Of a DNA stretch of 48,617 bases, positions 29,301-38,270 are shown one piece after another (the stretch's first letter is position 1; each line of letters opens with the position of its first letter). A program made the translations under genes and the position numbers. A model generated the notes under the pieces. It did no database searches, was not told where the DNA came from, and worked only from the letters and a program-made list of their open reading frames with translations. The stretch lies in sequence record SRR20825019_1657; one strand, written 5' to 3'.

Positions 29301-29495
29301 TCGTTCGGTTACGAAAAGGAACATTATGCGGTCTCTCAACAGATCGGCGAACTCGTCCTCCTGCCCACCGTGCGCGCCACGCCCGTCGAAACGATCATCG
29401 CGGCTCCCGGCACCAGTTGCCGACACCAGATCAAGGACGCTACCGGTCGCATCGCCCAGCATCCGGTCGAGATTCTCCACGCCGCCTTGCGATAA
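26388..29495 (+). CDS. FAD-linked, Fe-S-binding oxidoreductase (YdiJ/D-2-hydroxyacid dehydrogenase-like)
   Basis: PRGAGTSLAGQ, GSEGTL, SGEHGDG, CxxxxxC and CxxCxxCxxxCP clusters, CCG domain; GTG start estimated (ORF from 26328). Confidence 0.92.
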   Translation: MTTDIAPSPSLLTDLASRLTGELHYDHAMRTLYATDASEYQSLPLAVALPHTEADVRELILFANEHRVGLIPRGAGTSLAGQVVGDGIVVDLGRHLNRILSFDPETHRVRVQPGVVRNDLNLYLKPHGRLFGPETSTANRAMIGGMVGNNSCGSNSIVYGSTRDHLITARGFLSDGSEATFGPLTTEEFHAKCAAPDSLETRIYCFVRDLLGDDANRTLIRDNFPKPTVTRRNTGYALDQLFDCGVFDPESDKPFNLCRLLAGSEGTLFFGVEFELNSEPIPPASTLMCAHFETIHDSLKATLIAMKHQPFGCELIDRHILECTKANLEHAKNRFFVEGDPGAVLVVEIRHEDKAHVASEMAAIESEMRAAGLGYAFPVLHGADTDKVWELRRAGQGLMNNVEGPAKPRENVEDTAVAVEDLPAYIEEFDALMREKYKISCVYYAHAGAGELHTRPLFNLKTSEGLKMFRDVATDVAALVKKYRGSLSGEHGDGRLRGEFLKFMVGDECYAMMQRVKATFDPQGIFNPDKIIGTPPMDTSLRHQQDVAEPEHETLFDFSASEGVLAATEKCTGVGECRKSHQMGGTMCPSYMATRNEKDTTRARANILRDVLSKPIGNNNPWDSREVSAVMDLCLSCKGCKSECPSNVDVARLKAEWQQHYYDANGVPFRSRLIANFTRSMKLAALAPGIYNWVVKSPTLSSLMKRVSGFAPERSLPPLHQTTLEAWHAKNANKTGRARPPGAPGNNGLLGDQALPEKNGAVGRQLAGAQSSPDATHPTRASSLPTNLDLFPNGQVYLFCDEFTNYNDTPVGIKAIELLNRLGYEVIIPEHVESGRAHFSKGLVREAREFAISNVELLGDVVSEGTPLIGLEPSALLSFRDEYPDLVPSELKSAARALAKNALLIEEFIAREADAGRITSQSFTDRPQAIKLHGHCHQKSLSSLTPAVKMLELPAGYNVQMIPSGCCGMAGSFGYEKEHYAVSQQIGELVLLPTVRATPVETIIAAPGTSCRHQIKDATGRIAQHPVEILHAALR
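28593..28745 (+). repeat. Two tandem GTAG-type REP doublets inserted in-frame in the oxidoreductase
   Basis: ggtagagcacgacctcc…ggagatcaggccctacc (28593-28654) and cgtaggccgccagctcgctggcgc…gcgagcaagctcgctgcccacg (28670-28745). Confidence 0.8.
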
Positions 29496-29538
29496 GCGGA
29501 AGGCCGTGAGCCGGTCCAGTCATTGAACCAGATAAACA

Positions 29539-29567
29539 AATTCGTAAAGGGTCAGCCTTTACGAATT
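29539..29567. terminator. Intergenic hairpin (terminator or operator)
   Basis: aattcgtaaagg-gtcag-cctttacgaatt. Confidence 0.45.
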
Positions 29568-29592
29568 GTGATTGCGTGGGTTTTTTGATCCT

Positions 29593-31071
29593 ATGACTCC
29601 CGTTCCCTCTCATCGTAACATCGTCGTCTTCATCACGGATGAACAACCCGCCTACATGACAGGTTGTTATGGCGACGAGATCGCCCGCACGCCCACGATG
29701 GATCGACTCTCTGCCGAGGGTTCGACCTTCGATCACGCCTATTGCGCCTCACCGATCTGCTGTCCGTGTCGCGCCGCCATGATGACCTCGCGGTTCACGC
29801 ACGATATCGAGGTCTGGGATAACGCGAGCCCGCTGCGCAGTGACTGGCCGACCTTTGCGCACACGTTTCGCGCCGCCGGCTACCGCACGGTCCTCTGCGG
29901 GAAAATGCATTTCGTCGGCCCGGATCAACTCCACGGTTTTGAAGAGCGCTGGGTTCCCGACATCTACCCGGCATCGTTTGAATGGACCCGTTCCAATCGC
30001 GCCGAAGTCGCCGTCAACACCGGCGAGCAGACGATTCGCTCCGTCATGAAAGCCGGTCATGGCGAAACCGACGACATGCTCTACGACGAACTGGTGATCC
30101 GCAAATCCGAGGAAGGGCTGCCCGGTTTACTCGCGGATGATCGTCCGTTCCTCCTCGTGGTCTCCATCACCGGACCGCATTATCCGTTCATGGCACCGTC
30201 CCCGTATTGGGAAATGTTCAAGGATGCCGAGGTGCCCTTGCCGGAACTTCCGGACAACTTCATGGCATCCGAGCACCCGACGATTCAGTGGACACGGAAG
30301 TCCGGTATTTTTGAGGAACTCGCTCCCGACGATGTCGTTCGCAATGCCCGGCGGGCAATCTACGCTCGCATGGCTCTGGCCGACGATCACCTTAAACGCA
30401 TCGTCACCACGCTGGAGAAGCACGACGCCTACGAGGAAACGATCATGGCGTTTCTGAGCGACCACGGCGACATGATGGGCGAACACGGGCTCTGGTATAA
30501 GAATACGGCCTTTGAACAATCCAGCCGTGTGCCGCTGATTTTTTCCGGACCGGACATCACCCAATCCCGCCTCAAGGAGACCGTCAGCCTGCTCGACCTC
30601 GGCCCCACGCTCGCCGGTCTGGCCAATATCCCGCCGCTCAATGTGCCCTCGGAAGGACGAAACCTCGCACCACTTCTCCGCGGCGAACGGGACGAGGAAA
30701 CCGGCAGTGCGATCATCGAAAATTACGGTGAAGCGATTCATCGCGGCATCCGCACCCTCGTGCAATGGCCCTATAAATTGAATCTCTGCCTCGGCACGCC
30801 GGTGGAGTTCTTCAACCTCGAGGAAGACCCTCACGAATGGAACAATGTCGCCGAGGACCCTCGCTTCACAACCATTGTGTCCCGAATGCGTGACGAATTG
30901 GAAACAGCGACTCCCCACCCGGAACGTTATGACGAATTGCGCTATCTGAACGAAGAACGACGCCTCGCATTGCTCGCCGCCATCCCCGAAAATGAGCGCC
31001 CACGTTGGCGCGACGATTGGCACGATACCTATAGCGAGAGCTTCGGATGCAAACCGATCCCGCAATCGTAA
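29593..31071 (+). CDS. Sulfatase, choline-sulfatase-like
   Basis: ITDEQ, CCPCR, 'GKMHFVGPDQLHGFEER', 'SDHGDMMGEHGLWYK'. Confidence 0.88.
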   Translation: MTPVPSHRNIVVFITDEQPAYMTGCYGDEIARTPTMDRLSAEGSTFDHAYCASPICCPCRAAMMTSRFTHDIEVWDNASPLRSDWPTFAHTFRAAGYRTVLCGKMHFVGPDQLHGFEERWVPDIYPASFEWTRSNRAEVAVNTGEQTIRSVMKAGHGETDDMLYDELVIRKSEEGLPGLLADDRPFLLVVSITGPHYPFMAPSPYWEMFKDAEVPLPELPDNFMASEHPTIQWTRKSGIFEELAPDDVVRNARRAIYARMALADDHLKRIVTTLEKHDAYEETIMAFLSDHGDMMGEHGLWYKNTAFEQSSRVPLIFSGPDITQSRLKETVSLLDLGPTLAGLANIPPLNVPSEGRNLAPLLRGERDEETGSAIIENYGEAIHRGIRTLVQWPYKLNLCLGTPVEFFNLEEDPHEWNNVAEDPRFTTIVSRMRDELETATPHPERYDELRYLNEERRLALLAAIPENERPRWRDDWHDTYSESFGCKPIPQS

Positions 31072-31142
31072 CGTAAATCTCCATGATATTTCCCTGATCA
31101 TTCACCTCAGAAAGATTTGACAATCCCTCCGACGAGCCGAAT

Positions 31143-31158
31143 GTAACCGACTGGTTAC
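31143..31158. promoter_or_regulatory. Palindromic operator GTAACC-N4-GGTTAC
   Basis: gtaaccgactggttac 40 bp upstream of MBL gene; recurs at 40437 and 44560. Confidence 0.65.
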
Positions 31159-31198
31159 CGTAAGTAACCTGGAACCCGGTTCCCATGTCCTAACCCTC

Positions 31199-32035
31199 AT
31201 GAAGAAATCCTCCGAACTTTCCGTTTTAATTGCAGGCAGCGGGGCCGTGCGTGCCCACCCCAACCGCGGGGGGCCAGCATTCATCGTAACAATCGATGGA
31301 CAGAAGCTGCTCTTCGATTGCGGACGCTGTGCCGTGCACAATGTCTCAAGATTTGGTGTTCCGGTGGAAACGGTTGATAAAACTTTTATCACGCATCTGC
31401 ATTTTGATCATATTTGCGACCTACCACTGCTTCTTCTGCTCTCTTGGAACAATGGGCGCAAGACCCCCATGCCGATTTATGGTCCCGAAGGTATCGCCAA
31501 CTTTTTGGAAAAGGGAATCCACCAAGCCTACGATCACGACATCAAGAGTCGTGCCGGTCACGGCAAGGATGTCTCTCTCCTCGATTGGAATGTCACCGAA
31601 TTGACACAAGAGGGTGTCATCATCGAAACCGACACGTATAAAATCGATACCCTCATCACGGAGCATGGCGGCCTGCTCAACTTCAATTACCGCATCACCA
31701 CCGCCGAAAAGATCATCGTCGTCATGAGCGATTCGGAATACGATGAGCGTATTATCGAATTCTGCCGCGACGCCGATCTCGTCCTGATCGAATGCTCGGG
31801 GACCCAGGAATTTCTCGATACCGTGCCATGGGGCTCGTGGCATATGATTCCGGAACAAATCGGCGAAATCATGAAAAAAGCCGGAGCGAAGAAAGTCGTT
31901 CTCAAGCATCTCGTGATCGAAAGCTTTCGCGACAATGACATGAGCATCTCCGAGGGAATGGCGGCGACCGCCCAAAAGATTTACTCCGAGGGCAAATGTA
32001 TCGCGGCGACCGATGGCATGAAAATCGAACTCTGA
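31199..32035 (+). CDS. MBL-fold hydrolase (RNase Z/AtsA-like)
   Basis: FDCG, THLHFDH, 'ADLVLIEC', 'VVLKHL'. Confidence 0.87.
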   Translation: MKKSSELSVLIAGSGAVRAHPNRGGPAFIVTIDGQKLLFDCGRCAVHNVSRFGVPVETVDKTFITHLHFDHICDLPLLLLLSWNNGRKTPMPIYGPEGIANFLEKGIHQAYDHDIKSRAGHGKDVSLLDWNVTELTQEGVIIETDTYKIDTLITEHGGLLNFNYRITTAEKIIVVMSDSEYDERIIEFCRDADLVLIECSGTQEFLDTVPWGSWHMIPEQIGEIMKKAGAKKVVLKHLVIESFRDNDMSISEGMAATAQKIYSEGKCIAATDGMKIEL

Positions 32036-32038
32036 TCG

Positions 32039-33610
32039 ATGGCCGACGCTCCGACTTACGACTATGTCATCCTGGGCGGTGGCCACAACGGTCTGATCAC
32101 CCAGGCCTATCTGGGCAAAGCCGGTTACTCGACGCTCTGTATCGAACGGCGCAGCTCCGTCGGCGGTGGGGCCGAAACGATGGAGGATCCCCGTCATCCG
32201 GGTTTCCTCCACAACACCCATTCGTTCTTCCATCGCGGCATCACCAGCATGCCCTGGTATCGTGATCTCGAACTGGAAAAGCTCGGTCTCAATTACCTCC
32301 AGCCGGAACTCTGCACCGCGGTGGTGCGTCGCGATGGCGAGATCCTCGAATGGTGGAGCGACATCTATCAGACCGCCGAATCGTTTGCACGTTTCAGCAA
32401 AAAGGATTCGGCGACATTACTGCGATGGCGTGACGACTTTCTCCCTATCGTTAAAACCATTCTCGAACCCGAATCCTGTTCGGTGCCGGTGCCGCCGGCC
32501 GAACGCGCGGCGCGACTGCAAAAGACGACGGAAGGCCGTTTACTCCTCGAAACGAGCAAGCTCTCCCCCCTCGAGTTTGTCACCCGTGAGTTCGAGCATC
32601 CCACGATTCAGGCCGGCATGCTCTTCTTCAACGGTCTGCGGGAAGTCGATCTGCGTTGCAAAGGGTTCGGCCATCACATCCCCGCACTCTTCGCGAGCGC
32701 GGGGCGTCCCCAAATGGCGAGGGGTGGATCGAAGAGCCTTGCGATCGCCTTGCAAACTGCCGCCAAAAAGGCCGGCGGTGAGTTCCTTCTACAAACCGAG
32801 CCCGAACAAATCGTCATCGAAGGTGGCAAAGCGGTGGGCGTCGCTCTTGCCGATGGACGCGTGATTCGCGCCCAACACGGCGTCGTATCAAGCCTCAACC
32901 CCCAGCAAACTTTTGTTGATCTCTTAGCCACGGAATCCGTGTCGGCTGAATGGAGACAGCAGGCCTCCGATTTCGAATACAATCTCATCGCGCCGCTCTT
33001 TGGCCTGAATCTGAATCTCCGTGAAGCCCCCGTTTACAAGGCCGCGGAAAAATACCCGCACCTCAACGACGCTCTGATGATCGTGCTGGGATTGGAAACG
33101 ATCGATCAGTTTCACGACATTGTGCGTCACCACGAACAGGGCACGATCCCACCCACTGTGATGTGGGGCTGCACGCCGAGTTATTTCGATTCCACGCAGG
33201 CGCCCGAGGGCTTTCACACCGCGTTCATGTGGGAAAAACTCCCCTACCATCTCAAGGGTGACCACCGGAATTGGGATCTCGAAAAAGACGCCCACGGATG
33301 CGAGATGCTCAAACTCTGGACGGAGTTCGCCCCGAACCTGAAGGATGCCGTCATCGACTCGTTCACCCGCAGCGCCGTCGATACCGAACGCACGTTGCCC
33401 AACATGAAAACCGGCGACCTGCTGATCGGCAGTTTCCAGAATGGACAGATCGGATACAACCGTCCCTTCGCCGGAGCCGGCCAATACGAAACCGTCATCG
33501 ACGGTCTCTACCTTTGTGGATCGAGCTCCCATCCCGGCGGCAACATCACCGGCCTGCCCGCCTACAACGCGGCAGGCGTGATTCTCGGGAAGAACGGTAA
33601 GTCGCGGTAA
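32039..33610 (+). CDS. Phytoene-desaturase-like FAD-dependent oxidoreductase
   Basis: GGGHNGL N-terminus; 'GLYLCGSSSHPGGNITGLPAYNAA' C-terminus. Confidence 0.87.
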   Translation: MADAPTYDYVILGGGHNGLITQAYLGKAGYSTLCIERRSSVGGGAETMEDPRHPGFLHNTHSFFHRGITSMPWYRDLELEKLGLNYLQPELCTAVVRRDGEILEWWSDIYQTAESFARFSKKDSATLLRWRDDFLPIVKTILEPESCSVPVPPAERAARLQKTTEGRLLLETSKLSPLEFVTREFEHPTIQAGMLFFNGLREVDLRCKGFGHHIPALFASAGRPQMARGGSKSLAIALQTAAKKAGGEFLLQTEPEQIVIEGGKAVGVALADGRVIRAQHGVVSSLNPQQTFVDLLATESVSAEWRQQASDFEYNLIAPLFGLNLNLREAPVYKAAEKYPHLNDALMIVLGLETIDQFHDIVRHHEQGTIPPTVMWGCTPSYFDSTQAPEGFHTAFMWEKLPYHLKGDHRNWDLEKDAHGCEMLKLWTEFAPNLKDAVIDSFTRSAVDTERTLPNMKTGDLLIGSFQNGQIGYNRPFAGAGQYETVIDGLYLCGSSSHPGGNITGLPAYNAAGVILGKNGKSR

Positions 33611-33662
33611 GTGTTTCCCTCATTGGAGGGCCCGTCTCCCGACGGGCCACGATTACGGTCGA

Positions 33663-33761
33663 TCAGGCGATCGCGGTATAAATATCCACCAGGGGTTTCC
33701 GTTCCTTGAGAACGGAATCGATGAATTCGTGTGTAATGAAACAGTGCGAGCCTTCGTGTCC
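33663..33761 (-). pseudogene. 3' fragment of a Gfo/Idh/MocA paralog
   Basis: Reads GHEGSHCFITHEFIDSVLKERKPLVDIYTAIA* versus GHEGSHCFITHEFIDSILKGRKPLVDIYAAIAC in the gene at 34946-36100. Confidence 0.85.
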
Positions 33762-33811
33762 ACAGTCACGCCCTCGGGCTACTTAGCTACCTCTCTAATC
33801 AGGTGACCACA

Positions 33812-33921
33812 CTGTCATTGCGAGGAACCCGCCTAGCGGGAGACGCGGCAATCCACGAATAGGCTGACGGTTCGAACTTCCGCAGATTGCCGCGTCGCCT
33901 CCGGCCTCCTCGCAATGACGG
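33812..33921. repeat. GTCAT...ATGAC-type long palindromic repeat
   Basis: ctgtcattgcgagg…gacgcggcaatc … gattgccgcgtc…cctcgcaatgacgg. Confidence 0.75.
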
Positions 33922-34202
33922 TCCAGATATCAACAGCCGGGGTTCCAACCAACCGCCTCGGCCTTCACAGCGGGTATCCCTGCGTGCAGGTAAAGCGCCG
34001 CGATTCACCATCCCCAACATCCTAAAATCAGCGGCATACCCATGCCATTTACACAGCCCTCTGCGATCTCTTCAAAAAAGTTAATCCGAGCAAAAAATTG
34101 GCTCGTCAAACACGTCTATTCAGGCCTATTTCTGCACAATCCACTTGCACAACCTATCTAGTGGCAAGTGGGTTACCTTATTTGAGCAATTCAACCCAAA
34201 TT

Positions 34203-34868
34203 ATGAAATCACTCCTTGCCATCTTATCCGTGCTCACGGTTTTCGCTTCTGCCGTCACCGCGCAGACCACACTGTCGTTCCGCAACATTGTCGTCACGTC
34301 GAATAATAATTCGAGCACCAGCGATCTGGCCAATCTGACCCTCACCATCGACACCTCCACCCTCACCGGAGCCACCACCACGGAAGTCGCCAACATCACC
34401 AGTTGGGAACTTGAGATGACCCGGCACTACACCAGCAACCTGTGGATTGATATCGATAATACGCTCCCCTCCTCGATTTTTGATCAGAACAGTAATAAAG
34501 TGCAAGTGGAGGCCGGTTCCGACCGACTTTCTTTTCAGCTCGAATACCTGTATAGCGGTGATCCTTCCGGCACCTACTCGGACGGGGTCGGTAATCCCCA
34601 AGTGACCATCCAAATCTCCAAGTTCAGTAACAGCGATGGCAGCTTGATCACCAACGGCAGCGCGCTGGGAGATTTTCTCAGTTTATCTCCGGCCGATTTG
34701 GGCAATATCCAATTCAGCGTTGCCTACAGCCTCGATACCTTCAGTGGAAACTTGGGAGCCGCCAACCTCAGTGCCGTGCCCGAACCCTCCACCTACGCGG
34801 CTCTCTTCGGATTGGCCGCTATCGGATTCGCCGCTTTCCGTCGTAATCGGAAAGCCCTCACCAGGTAA
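34203..34868 (+). CDS. PEP-CTERM sorting domain surface protein
   Basis: Signal peptide, Ser/Thr/Asn-rich body, VPEPSTYAALFGLAAIGFAAFRRNRK tail. Confidence 0.93.
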   Translation: MKSLLAILSVLTVFASAVTAQTTLSFRNIVVTSNNNSSTSDLANLTLTIDTSTLTGATTTEVANITSWELEMTRHYTSNLWIDIDNTLPSSIFDQNSNKVQVEAGSDRLSFQLEYLYSGDPSGTYSDGVGNPQVTIQISKFSNSDGSLITNGSALGDFLSLSPADLGNIQFSVAYSLDTFSGNLGAANLSAVPEPSTYAALFGLAAIGFAAFRRNRKALTR

Positions 34869-34891
34869 TCGTTTTTTCACGAACTGTTTTC

Positions 34892-34923
34892 AAACGGGCC
34901 TGTGACAACACAGGCCCGTTTTT
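34892..34923. terminator. Bidirectional rho-independent terminator
   Basis: aaacgggcctgtg-acaa-cacaggcccgttttt between convergent genes. Confidence 0.85.
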
Positions 34924-34945
34924 CGTGTCCGGCCAAACCTCCGCC

Positions 34946-36100
34946 TCACTTCGGATCGAACGACGGAATCTTGAGTTGCTTGCCGCCTTCCAGCGCCGAT
35001 TGATGCGCGACAATCCCGGGTGCGGTGCAGGCGATCGCCGCGTAGATATCCACGAGCGGTTTCCGGCCCTTCAGAATCGAATCAATAAATTCATGCGTAA
35101 TAAAACAGTGCGATCCTTCGTGCCCGCTGTCGTGACGGAGTTGAGGGGGAAGCAGATCCGTATCCCACCAATTCGTTTGGACAAACTCCTCCATACGATT
35201 GGCTGAACGCACAAACCCGCCGGAGTCCTTTTCCTGGGTCTCTTCACGTTTCACAATCACCGGCGGAGTTTTATTTGGACCATCGTGATAAAAGCTCATC
35301 TTGTCACCGTAGTAGCGCGCACGTTCCCCTCCAGTCTGCGCCCCGCGCCACCACACCGCCACCCGCATGGCGTTGCCACGATCCGTCTTGAATAGCGCGG
35401 TCTCATTCCAAAACGGATTTCCGTAGGGGTTGTTCTTGAGAATCGGGCTGTCATCGCCCCACCCGATGCAGGTCACTTCGGTTAAACGTTCCCCCGTCAC
35501 GCCCACCAGATGCGCGGTGCAGTGTGTGGGGTAGCCCATCGGCGTCATCCCATAGCGCCAGGTGCGCGATCCATCAGGTTTATGATAAAGATGATCCAAT
35601 CCGGAGTGGTGGTATTCCGATTCCACATAAAAGAGATTCCCAAATGCACCCTCTTCGTAAAACTTGCGCGCGCTGATCGTATGCTGCTGCCAATAGCTCG
35701 TCTCCGCCATCATGTAAGTCAGCCCCGTGCGTTCCACGGCTTCGACCATTTGCCCACATTCTTCGAGCGTCATCGCCGCCGGCACCGCACTGAGCACGTG
35801 CTTACCGGCCTCCAGACACAGCAGCGTGTGTTTCGCATGTAGCGGCACGGGTGTGGCGAGGAAAACCGCCTCGACCTCATCGTCGGCCAGCATCGCTTCC
35901 AGCGAATCGTAGCCTTGGTTGCATTGATAAACAGCCAACAATTTATCACGCGCTTCGGCATCGATGTCGGCCACCGCTTGGATCGTGCAATTGGGGTGTT
36001 CGTGAAATTGGAAGGTCGCGCCGAAGCGGGCGCCGGCAATCCCAACACGCAGTTTGCGGGTCGTCCCGTAGGACTCCGCCCATTCCTCAGGGGTCATCAT
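34946..36100 (-). CDS. Gfo/Idh/MocA family oxidoreductase
   Basis: 'VGIAGARFG', 'ATPVPLHA', 'AGKHVLSAVP', 'YMMAETS', 'YPTH'. Confidence 0.9.
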   Translation of the reverse strand: MMTPEEWAESYGTTRKLRVGIAGARFGATFQFHEHPNCTIQAVADIDAEARDKLLAVYQCNQGYDSLEAMLADDEVEAVFLATPVPLHAKHTLLCLEAGKHVLSAVPAAMTLEECGQMVEAVERTGLTYMMAETSYWQQHTISARKFYEEGAFGNLFYVESEYHHSGLDHLYHKPDGSRTWRYGMTPMGYPTHCTAHLVGVTGERLTEVTCIGWGDDSPILKNNPYGNPFWNETALFKTDRGNAMRVAVWWRGAQTGGERARYYGDKMSFYHDGPNKTPPVIVKREETQEKDSGGFVRSANRMEEFVQTNWWDTDLLPPQLRHDSGHEGSHCFITHEFIDSILKGRKPLVDIYAAIACTAPGIVAHQSALEGGKQLKIPSFDPK

Positions 36101-36105
36101 AATGT

Positions 36106-37515
36106 TCAAGTGGTTGGGTGATCATCTTCCAGAAAGAGCTCACGCAGGCCATCGTGAACTGAAGCGAATATTTTCTCGTGCGCCCCGCGGTCCAGAGGGG
36201 TTTGCCATACCGTGTAGAGATCGAGGTCGTAGTGTGGCGCAGGTGGGATATAACCGAGGTGCCCGTTCGCAATATTCAGAACGAAGAGCGGCACCTCGGG
36301 AAACAGCGCTCGCAGTTCCAATTGAAAAATCGAATACGCTTCGAAGGGCATCGCGCAGATCGCCGCATCACCCAACCGCCACAACCAGATTTGCACAGCG
36401 ACCGTCGCTCCTTCTCCCACCGATTCGCGCACTCGCTTTGCCCTCATGAGTCGCGCGCGTTGAAAACCATCCCCCTCTTTTATCAGGTTTTGCTCGATGG
36501 CCTCGAGGGTCGGCAGGTCGCTCTTTAACGGAAGTTCGAGCGAGAGGGTCATCGCCTGCAATTTCGGATTGGCCGGTTGAGCACAACTCTCCCAAAGCCC
36601 CAGCGGCGCACCGGACTCCACCACACCATCATAACGCAAATGCGAGAAACCCGGCATCAGAGGAGTGATTACGGAGAGGGCTGCGTAGCCCAGCTCGCGA
36701 CCATGCTGATCCGCCAAAGCCGGATCGCCGCTGTATTGTTCCGCCGGCGCGAGTTCACCGGAAGCGCCTTGCAAAAAGAGACAGGGGGCCGATGACGTCG
36801 CTCCTTCAACCAGCTCGCGGGCGGCTCCCGGATAATCCGGCGAGAACAGCTGGTTTTTCCATGCAAGCGTTGTGGGGTGACACGCGTAATTGACCAGCGA
36901 AGCGAGAACCCGGGAATCATCACTGAACGACAAAGCCGTCAGCAAGGTATCATCGGCCGGGGCATCAGGATGGTAGCCCGTAATGTAGCGATCCGGATTC
37001 TCGGGATCGATCAAATCACGATTGGTGGCCAACCCGCACCCGCCGGAATGAAACAATGTCGTGGCGGGAGATTGATTGGCGAGTGCTTCGCGCCCGCCCC
37101 GCACACAGGACGCCGCGAGCTGTTTCAAATAATCCCGGCCCGCCTGAGGGTTTGCGTCCGGCGGTGCCTCGGAATCAAGCACGGGACCCGCATGCGTGTG
37201 CGTGAGATGGATAATCACATTCGACTCTGTCAACCCGAGCTCCGTCACGACCTGCCAACGCAACGTTTCCGCATCGGCATGACGCAACCACCACCCCAGA
37301 TCCAAACTGATCAGCAAGAAGGCCGGTTCTGCATGCTGGATCGAGGACAGCGCCAGTGCGGTGCCGGTCAACGGACGGTGCACACCTGACGCGAAGATGT
37401 GTTTAGCCGCACCCCAATTTCTCGCCGCCACTTCCAACGTCGGTGTGATATCCCAACGACTCACGCCCACTAGAGAGCGGAGGCTGCCGAATCGTTGATG
37501 ATAACGTGGGATCAT
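36106..37515 (-). CDS. Neutral/alkaline ceramidase-like metallohydrolase
   Basis: DITP, THTHAGP, NYACHPT, QGASG, PFE, GYIP motifs. Confidence 0.75.
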   Translation of the reverse strand: MIPRYHQRFGSLRSLVGVSRWDITPTLEVAARNWGAAKHIFASGVHRPLTGTALALSSIQHAEPAFLLISLDLGWWLRHADAETLRWQVVTELGLTESNVIIHLTHTHAGPVLDSEAPPDANPQAGRDYLKQLAASCVRGGREALANQSPATTLFHSGGCGLATNRDLIDPENPDRYITGYHPDAPADDTLLTALSFSDDSRVLASLVNYACHPTTLAWKNQLFSPDYPGAARELVEGATSSAPCLFLQGASGELAPAEQYSGDPALADQHGRELGYAALSVITPLMPGFSHLRYDGVVESGAPLGLWESCAQPANPKLQAMTLSLELPLKSDLPTLEAIEQNLIKEGDGFQRARLMRAKRVRESVGEGATVAVQIWLWRLGDAAICAMPFEAYSIFQLELRALFPEVPLFVLNIANGHLGYIPPAPHYDLDLYTVWQTPLDRGAHEKIFASVHDGLRELFLEDDHPTT

Positions 37516-37517
37516 GC

Positions 37518-38270
37518 CTATTCCATACGGCGTTTCGCGGAAAGACCCCCATCGAGCAGCATTGTCGAACCCGTCATATTCCGCCGCTTCTCCGAACAGA
37601 GGAAGGCAATCGATTCCGCCACTTCTTCTGCCTCGATCAGCTGATGATTCGGCACCATCGCGCGCGCAGCATCGGCGCTGCCAGACTGCTCCTGAAAAAT
37701 CTTCCCACTCAACCCCGCATTCACAAACCCCGGCGCGACCTCGTTCACGAGAATCCCCTGATCGGCGAGCTCAAGTGCCATCGTTTGCGTCAGCATCCGC
37801 AGGCCTGCCTTGGCGGCGGAATAAGCGGCCATCCGCACATGCGGCGCATGCGCGGCCCAACTGCCCACGAAGACGATTCGGCCCGGCATCTTCGCTTCGA
37901 GCAAACGCTGCGCTCCCGTGCGTGCGGTCAGCCAGGCTCCGGTCAAATTCACGTCCAAGGTGCGCCGCCAATCCGCCACACTTGCCGTCAATGTGCTACC
38001 CAGCGTCACGATTCCGGCATTCGCCACGATCACCGAAGCCGGTTCTCCGAAATATTTTTCCACAGCAGCAAACCACGCGCTCACCGATCTCTCATCGCTC
38101 ACATCGACTTGGTGATAGTGACATCCCGGTGGCAAATCCGCATTCGCCGCCACATCGGCAATCGCAACCCGACAGCCCGCTTCGATCAGTGAAACCATCG
38201 TCGCCCGGCCAATATCACCGAGCCCTCCACTGATCATCGCCACCGGTTTATTGGGAAATTCTCGAGTCAT
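37518..38270 (-). CDS. SDR family oxidoreductase
   Basis: SGGLGDIG, ANAG, YSAAK, VNEVAPG. Confidence 0.93.
   Translation of the reverse strand: MTREFPNKPVAMISGGLGDIGRATMVSLIEAGCRVAIADVAANADLPPGCHYHQVDVSDERSVSAWFAAVEKYFGEPASVIVANAGIVTLGSTLTASVADWRRTLDVNLTGAWLTARTGAQRLLEAKMPGRIVFVGSWAAHAPHVRMAAYSAAKAGLRMLTQTMALELADQGILVNEVAPGFVNAGLSGKIFQEQSGSADAARAMVPNHQLIEAEEVAESIAFLCSEKRRNMTGSTMLLDGGLSAKRRME

Noticed and set aside
32039-33610. Carotenoid biosynthesis gene crtI
   Set aside because: No other crt genes nearby; catabolic context supports only a family-level call
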